Source: Patescibacteria group bacterium (GTDB lineage: Bacteria; Patescibacteriota; Minisyncoccia; Phycocordibacterales; UBA918). From it: DNA of 64,000 nt. Position numbers and translations under genes: made by a program. Shown piece after piece: positions 20,411 to 28,225 of this stretch. The notes beneath the pieces were generated by a model that saw only the letters and a list, made by a program, of their open reading frames with translations, was not told the DNA's origin and made no database searches. The stretch spans positions 49,625 to 113,624 of the forward strand of contig JAIELQ010000005.1 in assembly GCA_019752815.1 (NCBI GenBank), read 5' to 3'. The stretch's first letter is position 1, and every line of letters starts with the position of its first letter.

Positions 20411-20743
20411 CTCCCCGGGCAGGATTCGAACCTGCGACCAATCGATTACACGAATCTCCTAATTTCTTAGAGGGGTGGACTATATCATCACCGGTTGTAT
20501 TTCTACACGACGGTGCAAGGCGCTTCGAATGCATTTTTGCATCCTACTCCCGTAAGGGATAGTCTCTGAACCTTCAATTGGATTTCTCCAAAAGCTTGGC
20601 TGCTGATTGCCCACAGCACACGAATGTCTGTTTCGGGGTTCCAGCAATTCACCTTGTTTGCAATAACGATTTCTCGATAAGGCTGCTATTTTGAACTTTG
20701 TCCACTGTTACAGTCGACTGCTCTACCGCTGAGCTACCGAGGA
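20411..20743 (-). tRNA. tRNA-Asn(GUU) interrupted by a group I intron. Exon 1 is 20710..20743, the intron is 20449..20709, exon 2 is 20411..20448.
   Basis: Exons on the minus strand read UCCUCGG-UA-GCUC-AGCGGUA-GAGC-A-GUCGA-CUGU / UAA-UCGAU-UGGUC-GCAGG-UUCGAAU-CCUGC-CCGGGGA-G. The acceptor stem, D arm and discriminator G73 match bacterial tRNA-Asn (compare E. coli UCCUCUGUAGUUCAGUCGGUAGAAC...). The intervening 261 nt ends in G and carries the group I R element GUUCAGAGACUA, the S element AUAUAGUCC, and P/Q-like elements AAUUGCUGGAA and AAUCAGCAGCC. Confidence 0.8.
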
Positions 20744-20854
20744 GCGTAATAATCATGCGCACTTAATTCCCTAATGGGAAATAAGTGCCTGTATTGTACA
20801 GAAAAATAGGATTTATTCAACCGTGGGGGCGGGGAGGGGGTAAATGGGGTGAGG

Positions 20855-21322
20855 TTAATCGTTTTGGTCGTTTAACGTAACCGTTTTCATGACGGTGATA
20901 AAACCTTTGACATCAAGTGGTCCAGCACCTCTGAGCCATTTCCGGCTCTCTTTGCGGAGGATGGGTTCGATAGTGGTGACAAGTTCTGAACCGGCAGACG
21001 TGATAGTGGCCAAGCGTTCACGTTTGTCTGTTTTGCCGGCAGTGATGCTAACCAGGTTTCGATCCTGCAGGCGTTTGATGCGCAGGGTTATGAAGGGGGC
21101 CTCGACACCCAATTCTTCTGATAAAACACTCAGTTTCATTCCGGTACGTTTATCGTCATGCAAGAGCCCAATAATAGCCCAGTCGACACTGGTGAGGTCG
21201 TAGGGGGCGAGTACGGCATCGGTGTGGGATTTGAGTACCCGGTGGGTGCGAGCCACCAAAACGCCAATTTGGTACGTGGTAAGTGTGAGGTGTTTGACAA
21301 TTAACCGTTTGAGTAATGACAT
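20855..21322 (-). CDS. MarR-family transcriptional regulator
   Basis: 155 aa. Winged-HTH segment SVLSEELGVEAPFITLRIKRLQDRNLVSITAGKTDKRERL is typical of MarR. Confidence 0.8.
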   Translation of the reverse strand: MSLLKRLIVKHLTLTTYQIGVLVARTHRVLKSHTDAVLAPYDLTSVDWAIIGLLHDDKRTGMKLSVLSEELGVEAPFITLRIKRLQDRNLVSITAGKTDKRERLATITSAGSELVTTIEPILRKESRKWLRGAGPLDVKGFITVMKTVTLNDQND

Positions 21323-21494
21323 GTGACTAGCTTATGTGGTTATACAAAATTAGTAAAGAGGGATTGTAATGAAAGGAGTGAAGATACGGCATAAAGGCAG
21401 TTGCGCAAAATGTGGCCTTTGCGTACAATACTATAAATACTTAATCAAGTTAAGTATATTACCAACTGACCAAATTAAAAAACTTAAACTTCGT

Positions 21495-22148
21495 ATGAAC
21501 AACTATGTAATTGCAGCCATTATTGGGGTCATTATCATTGCGGGTATTGTATACGCATCACAAAATGATGAAGTGTCTATGCAAGAAAAAGTACAGATGG
21601 ACCAAGAGGCTAAAATGAAAATGGAAGCCGAAGCTCGGGAAAAAGCCGCTATGGAAGCTAATGCAAACATGGATGCAAAAACCAACACTGAAGCAGGGGT
21701 AATGGTTGGAGGAGCAATGATGTTACCAACACTCGACATTGTTGATAATGCAGCCAAAGCCAGTAATGTAACCACTGTAGTCACTGCAGTAAAAGCGGCT
21801 GGTTTGCTTGACACCCTTAAAGGTCCTGGACCATTCACTGTTTTTGCACCAACAAACGATGCGTTTGCTAAGTTACCAGCAGGAACAGTTGATTCGTTAC
21901 TAAAGGCCGATATGAAAGCTGACCTCACAAGTATCTTGACTTATCACGTGGTCGCGGGACGCTACACCGCTGCGGATCTAAAAGATGGTATGACACTAAA
22001 GACGGTAAATGGAGCTACACTTAAAGTAAGTAATGTTAACGGAGTCGTTAAAATTAATGGATCTTCAACTGTGCAAACAGCTGATGTGATTTCTAGTAAC
22101 GGAGTAACTCATGTTGTTGATACGGTTTTGATGCCACCAAAGATGTAA
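21495..22148 (+). CDS. Membrane-anchored fasciclin (FAS1) domain protein
   Basis: ORF 21369..22148. The likely start is the Met at 21495, followed by a TM helix (YVIAAIIGVIIIAGIVYA). FAS1 motifs FTVFAPTNDAFAKLP and HVVAGRY..TNGVTHVVDTVLMP. Confidence 0.85.
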   Translation: MNNYVIAAIIGVIIIAGIVYASQNDEVSMQEKVQMDQEAKMKMEAEAREKAAMEANANMDAKTNTEAGVMVGGAMMLPTLDIVDNAAKASNVTTVVTAVKAAGLLDTLKGPGPFTVFAPTNDAFAKLPAGTVDSLLKADMKADLTSILTYHVVAGRYTAADLKDGMTLKTVNGATLKVSNVNGVVKINGSSTVQTADVISSNGVTHVVDTVLMPPKM

Positions 22149-22167
22149 TCATAGCTAGAAGATCAGA

Positions 22168-22196
22168 AAAACGTCGACTGAGAAGTCGGCGTTTTT
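22168..22196 (+). terminator. Rho-independent terminator
   Basis: ACGTCGACT-GAGA-AGTCGGCGT followed by TTTTTCT. Confidence 0.65.
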
Positions 22197-22237
22197 CTGA
22201 TATACTTACCGTGTTATAGGCTAATTATCTTTTACAT

Positions 22238-22525
22238 ATGCTTAATCTCTATATCAAAACGGGTTGCCCCTACTGTCTGCGGGTGCTTGAAGCAAACGAA
22301 ACTATCAAAGCGCCGCTTGTGCTACGAAATATCTCTGAAAATCCTCAATTACGAGAGGAACTTATCGAGAAAGGAGGTAAGGCTCAAGCTCCGTATTTAG
22401 AAGATACTGATCGTGGTGTATCAATGTATGAGTCACTCGACATCATAGAGTATCTCAAAGTAAATTATGGTAATGGGGAGACGGTTGAAATAAAAACGGT
22501 GGGTAACGTGTGTCCAATAGACTAG
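22238..22525 (+). CDS. Glutaredoxin-like protein
   Basis: N-terminal LYIKTGCPYCLRVLE has the CPYC active site. 95 aa thioredoxin fold. Confidence 0.75.
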   Translation: MLNLYIKTGCPYCLRVLEANETIKAPLVLRNISENPQLREELIEKGGKAQAPYLEDTDRGVSMYESLDIIEYLKVNYGNGETVEIKTVGNVCPID

Positions 22526-22621
22526 AAGAGCGATACTTTTATAAGTGGTATACTATGAATATCAGTACGATAGTAAATGTCAGACAGGTTGCAGATGTAG
22601 TTATTAATATAAATCTACACA

Positions 22622-22987
22622 ATGTCATTCCCAAACATTTCATTCAAACACACTCAAACGGAAGTGAATTATAAATTGCAGGATTTAATAACTACCAAAT
22701 TACAGACACTCGAACGATACATTGGGGGTAAAAGTGATAATCGGTGTGAGGTAGAGTTTTCTAAAGTAGCTCCGCATCAAAGTGGCGATATTTATAAAGT
22801 AGAAGTAAATATCTGGAGTGATGGGGTACTGTACCGCGCGACTGACACAGCTAGCACCTTTGAAAATGCCATTGATGCGGTGCGCAGTGATCTAGACAGT
22901 GAGCTTAACCGCGCTCGAACCAAAAAAATGAACTTGTGGCGTAAAGGCGCACGCAAGATGAAAGAAATGATGCGATTTGGCCAGTAA
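22622..22987 (+). CDS. hpf: Ribosome hibernation promoting factor / RaiA (YfiA) family
   Basis: 121 aa. FKHTQTEVNYKLQDLITTKLQTLERYI...YKVEVNIWSDGVLYRATDTASTFENAIDAV has the beta-alpha-beta-beta-beta-alpha pattern of the sigma-54 modulation protein family. Confidence 0.8.
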   Translation: MSFPNISFKHTQTEVNYKLQDLITTKLQTLERYIGGKSDNRCEVEFSKVAPHQSGDIYKVEVNIWSDGVLYRATDTASTFENAIDAVRSDLDSELNRARTKKMNLWRKGARKMKEMMRFGQ

Positions 22988-23022
22988 GGAAAATTGAATA
23001 GTGAAAATTGAATATTGAAGAT

Positions 23023-23052
23023 AAAAAACAAGCGCATGGCGCTTGTTTTTTT
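23023..23052. terminator. Bidirectional terminator between hpf (+) and fmt (-)
   Basis: AAAAAACAAGCGC-ATG-GCGCTTGTTTTTTT. Confidence 0.75.
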
Positions 23053-23067
23053 ATGATTATCTTTAAA

Positions 23068-23946
23068 CTATTTGTTTTTGAAGTATTGATTCCAATCCAT
23101 TTCGTTTTTACCTTCGGGGATGATGCGGGTAATCATGAGTTTGCCAGTTGGGGTGAGGGTGGCTTGTTTGATTTTGATGCGTTTACCCTCATGGATGAAG
23201 AATGTTTCGGGCCAGCCATCAAAGGCACAGATTTTGCGGTACGTTGCGAGAGCCTCGTCGCCGGTGGGTAGCTTGGCAGGGTCGATTTTTAGCTCGGACA
23301 TGTCCTTGGTGATTTTGGTACAGAAGGTGGCCTGGGTGTCGTCTTGTGCTGTGGGCGTTAGGGTGCCTTTTTGTAGTTCAACCATCACGTGTACGAGCAA
23401 ATCGCCACTGATGAGTGCCATAGTGCGATCGAGTTCGGCTCCGGGGATTGGTTCGGGTAACATCACTGGTTGTTGATGCAAAATTGGTCCGTGATCTAAT
23501 TGTGCATCCATTTGCATGATGGTAACGCCGGCGGCCGAGAGGTTGGACAGGAGTGTACTACGAATTGGACTGGCACCGCGTAGTTTGGGAAGAAGTGATG
23601 GGTGGGCGTTAATCGTGCCGTACTTCGGTAGATTAATAAGCCAATCGGGCATAATTTTGCCATAGGCAAACACTACAAAAAAATCAAACGTTTCAGCTGT
23701 CAGCGGTCCTAGTTCCTCAGCATTTTTGAGTGTCGTTGGTTGAAAGACAGGAATGTTGCGTTCAGCTGCCCAAACTTTGGTTGGTGGGGGAGTAATGACT
23801 TGTTTGCGACCAACTGGAGCGTCTGGGTTGCAGACAATTAGTGCGGGCACAAAACCAAATGTCTCCATTTCGGTGAGGGCTGTGGAAGCTATTTCCGGTG
23901 TGCCAAAGAATGCAAAACGGGGATTGGGGTAGCTTGTTTTTTCCAT
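23068..23946 (-). CDS. fmt: Methionyl-tRNA formyltransferase
   Basis: N-terminal FFGTPEIASTALTEM..PALIVCNPDAPVGRKQ..TPPPTKVWAAERNIPVFQP. Also the formyltransferase motif INAHPSLLPKLRGASPI. Confidence 0.92.
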   Translation of the reverse strand: MEKTSYPNPRFAFFGTPEIASTALTEMETFGFVPALIVCNPDAPVGRKQVITPPPTKVWAAERNIPVFQPTTLKNAEELGPLTAETFDFFVVFAYGKIMPDWLINLPKYGTINAHPSLLPKLRGASPIRSTLLSNLSAAGVTIMQMDAQLDHGPILHQQPVMLPEPIPGAELDRTMALISGDLLVHVMVELQKGTLTPTAQDDTQATFCTKITKDMSELKIDPAKLPTGDEALATYRKICAFDGWPETFFIHEGKRIKIKQATLTPTGKLMITRIIPEGKNEMDWNQYFKNK

Positions 23947-23996
23947 AGATTCATCTACTATACCCGATAGAAACGTATCGGCAACAGGAGTTTGTC

Positions 23997-24209
23997 ATGT
24001 CTGCGAAAAGTTATGCAGAAAAAATTTCTCGGATGCAAAATCGTTCAAAATTTTTTACTACAAAAAATATAGCCTATTGGAACTTTGTTACAGTGTGGCA
24101 GGCTAAACTCTATTTTGAAGCGTGGGATGCATGGAAAAAAGGTGAAGGTAGAAAATGGTTTTTTATTGCGGTTGCACGCTGGCTTGAGGTACCAATCAGG
24201 TTTAAGTAG
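23997..24209 (+). CDS. Possible small Trp-rich protein encoded opposite the def-fmt pair
   Basis: 70-aa ORF (..WNFVTVWQAKLYFEAWDAWKKGEGRKWFFIAVARWLEVP..). A + strand hairpin (CCCGCACG-GCAA-CGTGCGGG, then T-rich) follows at 24240..24290. Confidence 0.3.
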   Translation: MSAKSYAEKISRMQNRSKFFTTKNIAYWNFVTVWQAKLYFEAWDAWKKGEGRKWFFIAVARWLEVPIRFK

Positions 24210-24275
24210 GTAACCAAAAAGCATCAGAATCTTACACATAACCCGCACGGCAACGTGCGGGCTTTCAATCTTTTT

Positions 24276-24824
24276 TTAAACAGCTTCTTTTTTATCTTCA
24301 CGTTTCAATTTCCTCTTTTTTCTATCCAATTCGTCTTTGTGCCAGACCTTTTCGGCTCGGTCAGTGAATAGTATCCCATCGAGATGGTCGTATTCGTGTT
24401 GGATAATTTGGGCGAGGAGTGAGCCGGCCCCGCGTTCGTACCATTTACCTGTTTCGTCCTGGGCGCGCAAAGTAACATTGGTTGAGCGACGAACTATGCC
24501 GTAGTACTCGGGAATCGATAGGCAGCCCTCACCGACTTCATGAGTTTTCTTAGAGAATTTCACAATTACAGGATTAATGGCGACAAGTGACGGTAGGGCA
24601 TCGCGGTCTTTGGATTGGTCCTCGATTAAAAAAATTCGCTTACTAATCCCAATTTGCGGTGCGGCAATCGCGACCGCGGTAAAGCCATCTACCTTATAGG
24701 TGTGGAGGGCGGTACGCATGTCTTTAAGAATTTTAGTGACTGTGCCATCAGAAAATTCCTCCGAAGTAATTTCTTCGGCGATAGCATGCAGAGCAGGGTG
24801 GTTTTCAGGGACTAATTTAGCCAT
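24276..24824 (-). CDS. def: Peptide deformylase
   Basis: Motifs GIGISAPQ-like (AAPQIGISKRIFLI), EGCLSIPEYYG and HEYDHLDG. Confidence 0.93.
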   Translation of the reverse strand: MAKLVPENHPALHAIAEEITSEEFSDGTVTKILKDMRTALHTYKVDGFTAVAIAAPQIGISKRIFLIEDQSKDRDALPSLVAINPVIVKFSKKTHEVGEGCLSIPEYYGIVRRSTNVTLRAQDETGKWYERGAGSLLAQIIQHEYDHLDGILFTDRAEKVWHKDELDRKKRKLKREDKKEAV

Positions 24825-24933
24825 ATGAATATTTGGCTACTATAGCCTAGATATGATGAAAAATAAATAGTCTTCATAACGAAGATGCCGCACGTTCGAT
24901 ATGAATCGATCGTGCGGCAAAGTTTTGGGTGGG

Positions 24934-25386
24934 TCACTCGTGTAAGGCGGATAAAATTTCCTGGGATTCCTCAGTAACCATGTAGTAGATAGTTCCGAGT
25001 AAGAGTGTATCGGCAATCATTTCTCGGTACGTCGCTTTATACTCGGAGCACGGTAGTGGACCTGAGATGCTCCCCAGGCAGTACTGCTCGTAGTTGTGCT
25101 CAATTCTGTTAAACATCGCTTGACCACGCTCGCGCATTTCATCAACGAGCTGCAACATATCATCAGCCTTATAGCGGAGCAGTGTTTGGTCGAACTCGCT
25201 CACTTCAGAAAGTGAACCATGTCCAGAGAGGGCAAAATTCAGTTCTTCAAGAAAAGATATAAGGTACTGTGCGTCTGTAACCAGTTGGTGTTGATACGCG
25301 GTGTACACCTCATCTCCAATTGTTTGGGCATGAGTTACATTTGCCGGCAGTGCCATCAATAGTGCGGCCAGTATTGTCTGACGCAT
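24934..25386 (-). CDS. Secreted hypothetical protein
   Basis: ORF 24934..25455. The likely start is the Met at 25386 (MRQTILAALLMALPANVTHAQT signal peptide). Confidence 0.5.
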   Translation of the reverse strand: MRQTILAALLMALPANVTHAQTIGDEVYTAYQHQLVTDAQYLISFLEELNFALSGHGSLSEVSEFDQTLLRYKADDMLQLVDEMRERGQAMFNRIEHNYEQYCLGSISGPLPCSEYKATYREMIADTLLLGTIYYMVTEESQEILSALHE

Positions 25387-25541
25387 GATTTCCCCCTGTT
25401 TGGTAAAGACCTCGTTACTAATTTGTATAGTATGTTTCTCTGCTTCAAACGTCAATTATTTATGGTGCGGATGTATGTACTTTATCTTATGTAAAAAATA
25501 TGCCGCGTAGTCCCTCGGAGGGAGTGCGCGGCAAATGTTGG

Positions 25542-25853
25542 TTACTCTTGGGGTGTGGGACACCCGTCTTCGGAACAGATAATGGTCGGTGGTTCCCCGT
25601 GGATAAGACGCACCAGGATATCGGCTTGGAGTGTGAAGTTTGCTCGCGCTTCATCACAGCCTTCTATCCTTATCCGCAGTAGTCTCTGTGCCTGTCCCGC
25701 ATCATCCAAATTGATGCACTTACCAAGGTAGTGCTCATAGGCCGAGCTGACTCGGTCACTCTGATTATTGATGCTTGCTCCAGCAGCGAAGGTCTCTTGA
25801 GCAATGGTCGGATGCGCCATTAGCATCAAGCATGCAGAGAGAACAGTTCTCAT
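25542..25853 (-). CDS. Small secreted Cys-containing hypothetical protein
   Basis: Signal peptide MRTVLSACLMLMAHPTIAQE. Four Cys. 103 aa. Confidence 0.5.
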   Translation of the reverse strand: MRTVLSACLMLMAHPTIAQETFAAGASINNQSDRVSSAYEHYLGKCINLDDAGQAQRLLRIRIEGCDEARANFTLQADILVRLIHGEPPTIICSEDGCPTPQE

Positions 25854-25923
25854 GACATTTCCTTTCGATGAGATGTTTGGTAGTGTACTGCAGTTTTCTC
25901 AAAAAGCAATTTTACAAATGCTT

Positions 25924-27819
25924 CTATACGATGCGGTCGGGGTTGATGGTTATGGCCACATACGGTGGCAAATGTCGCAACGTTTCGATCAGCTCTTTGG
26001 TGTCAGATCGGGGATCTAGTCGCAATAAACAATGTCGCAACTGTTCTTTTTGTTTGGAGTGAGGGTTGGTATAGAAGGCGCCTGAAACATTGTGAGCGGC
26101 AAACATTTTTTTGATTATAGTTTCGGTATCAGAGATGATTTGGGGGGCACCTTGCCACGAAAGGAAGATAAATTTTGCAAACGGTGGGTACTTGAGCATT
26201 TGGCGTAAATTAATTTCATCATCATGAAAACGATCTACTGCACCACGGCTGGCATACATGAGTAAGTCATCAGTTTCGCTGCGTGTTTGAATCATAACTT
26301 CACGTCCGGAGTGTTCCCGTAATTCGAGGATTAAACGAAACACCGTTTCATCTGCTCGCCATGAGGGAATAGCCCGTACCGCATCAAGCGACACAATTGC
26401 AGAAAGGGCGATATTTGACGGGAGGTACGGCATGACCATTTGGGTGGCGAGCAAAATTGCCCCTTTTTGTTTTTCAAAATCAGTTTTAATGACTGTGGCT
26501 TTTTTGTGAGTGGTGGCGGTGGTGTGGTCAAAAATACTAAGGGGAGTTTTAGGAAAAAGTTTGCGACACTCGTCTTCAACTTGTTGGATACCAATACCAC
26601 GTTCACGCAGACGCCATGAGCCACAGTTTTCGCAGACGTCCGCTGCGCGCACGCGCTTACCTGATGTGCTCGATACAAACCACCGTTCCTCCACATGTTC
26701 GGCATTTATGGTACGCAGGAGTGAATAGGGGGTTCCCGAATCAGGGCAACGAAATATAAACCCACAATCAACACAGGCAACAACTGGTGCTAAACCGCGC
26801 CTCGCGGCAAATAAAAATACGTTGTGACGACCTTCAAGTGTTGTTTCAATACGTTTAATCAACTCCGGTGAAAACAGCTGAAACGGCACATCGTTTTTTG
26901 GTTTGTCGGTTTGATTAACAATGGTGAGTTTGGCGGGTAGTTCCAGTCGTACCGGGTGCTCGCCATATGTTTGGTAGATGTCACTGCGTCGCTTGTGTTC
27001 ATCTTCAGTGGTCGTGAGGGTGTCACCGAGGATAATGCTGCGCTTAGAGACCGAGGCTAGTATTTTTAACACGATGCGGTGATCGAGGTTGGGGCGGGTG
27101 CGCATAATGTAGTGGGAGCTGGCCGCTTCTTCGACAATGATGGTGGTACTATCTGCTCGGTCGAGATAGGCGAAACTTGGCGTGGTGATGGTGAGGGTGG
27201 CTTGTGATAAGTCAGAAAACGCAGCGTAGGCAGCCTCGCGTTGCTTTTTAGTTTGGTGACTACTAAAACATATCACCCGTTCACTAATCCCACGTTCGAG
27301 TGCCTGGCGCATTTTTTCTACTGTGGTGCTCGTGGGTACCACGAGGAGTACCGAACCACGGTGTGCAAAGGCACTGCGAATAATGGTTTGGTAGCTAATG
27401 ATGCGGTCGGCTTCGCTTGCGCACAGTATTTGTGGCGTGCTGTCCTCGGTGGAGATGCTACTGCTGGTTGCTGGGTACGGGGAGAGTCCTGATCTAATGT
27501 CGGGGGGGAGTAAATTAAACAAAATGGCTCCGCGTTTGCTTGGGTTATCTTGGTACAGTTTTTCGACGGTCGCAAGGAGTGAAGGGGCAATGGTAACAAC
27601 GTCTTTTTGTTCTGGTAGTTTACGTAACGAGAAGGTCGCTGCTTTGAGGGCGGTTTTGGTGCTTGAGACGGCCTTGCCATCAATTACAATACCTTGAATA
27701 GTCTTGCCACGTACTGGAATCGCAATAATTGAACCAACGGGGTAATTTGTAGCAGAAAAGTATGACAGTGACTCAATTTGAATACCACGGACCAGCGGAA
27801 TGACTTCGATGACGAACAT
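25924..27819 (-). CDS. priA: Primosomal protein N' (PriA helicase), short form
   Basis: Helicase core with an atypical Walker A region. Cys-rich zinc-binding insertion CVDCGFIFRCPDSGTPYSLL...CENCGS. C-terminal helicase domain. 631 aa. Confidence 0.8.
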   Translation of the reverse strand: MFVIEVIPLVRGIQIESLSYFSATNYPVGSIIAIPVRGKTIQGIVIDGKAVSSTKTALKAATFSLRKLPEQKDVVTIAPSLLATVEKLYQDNPSKRGAILFNLLPPDIRSGLSPYPATSSSISTEDSTPQILCASEADRIISYQTIIRSAFAHRGSVLLVVPTSTTVEKMRQALERGISERVICFSSHQTKKQREAAYAAFSDLSQATLTITTPSFAYLDRADSTTIIVEEAASSHYIMRTRPNLDHRIVLKILASVSKRSIILGDTLTTTEDEHKRRSDIYQTYGEHPVRLELPAKLTIVNQTDKPKNDVPFQLFSPELIKRIETTLEGRHNVFLFAARRGLAPVVACVDCGFIFRCPDSGTPYSLLRTINAEHVEERWFVSSTSGKRVRAADVCENCGSWRLRERGIGIQQVEDECRKLFPKTPLSIFDHTTATTHKKATVIKTDFEKQKGAILLATQMVMPYLPSNIALSAIVSLDAVRAIPSWRADETVFRLILELREHSGREVMIQTRSETDDLLMYASRGAVDRFHDDEINLRQMLKYPPFAKFIFLSWQGAPQIISDTETIIKKMFAAHNVSGAFYTNPHSKQKEQLRHCLLRLDPRSDTKELIETLRHLPPYVAITINPDRIV

Positions 27820-28182
27820 TTAGGTAGTATAGCAAATCAAAGAGGGAATAGAGAATATGGAATATTGAAGATAAAATAGTCATTTGCATATTGGAAACAA
27901 GTGGTATAATTAAATCATGTTAGAACCTCATGACATTCAAAAATTGATGGAAGTCCTTGCAACGAAAGAGGATATTCGTGACGTTAAAGAGAACTTAGGG
28001 TCAGTCGAAGATATTTTGAGTAATCTCGTAACGGCAACTGATCGCTTTGGTAAGTAGAACTGAAATGCTAAATCAGGAATATCTGGTGTTAAAAGATCGT
28101 GATAGTCGGTATGAACGGTGGTTTTTACAAATTGCAGAAAAAGTTGGCGTTACATTAACTCCTTAATATATTGCTAAATAAC

Positions 28183-28216
28183 AAAAAAGTCCTCACAAAT
28201 TGTGAGGACTTTTTTG
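28183..28216. terminator. Bidirectional terminator (murA on minus, small ORFs on plus)
   Basis: AAAAAAGTCCTCACAAATTGTGAGGACTTTTTTG. Confidence 0.75.
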
Positions 28217-28225
28217 TTGAAGTTA

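Noticed and set aside
13520-20432. Intact prophage or ICE at tRNA-Asn
   Set aside because: No integrase or recombinase, capsid, terminase or conjugation genes. The att-like copies are degenerate. This is better described as a decayed or cassette-type mosaic island.
20411-20743. Alternative reading of the intron-containing tRNA as tRNA-Thr(UGU), splice after U33
   Set aside because: Possible from the loop sequence alone. But discriminator G73, the U1-A72 pair and the D arm match bacterial tRNA-Asn. Thr tRNAs normally have A or U at position 73. Kept as a caveat.
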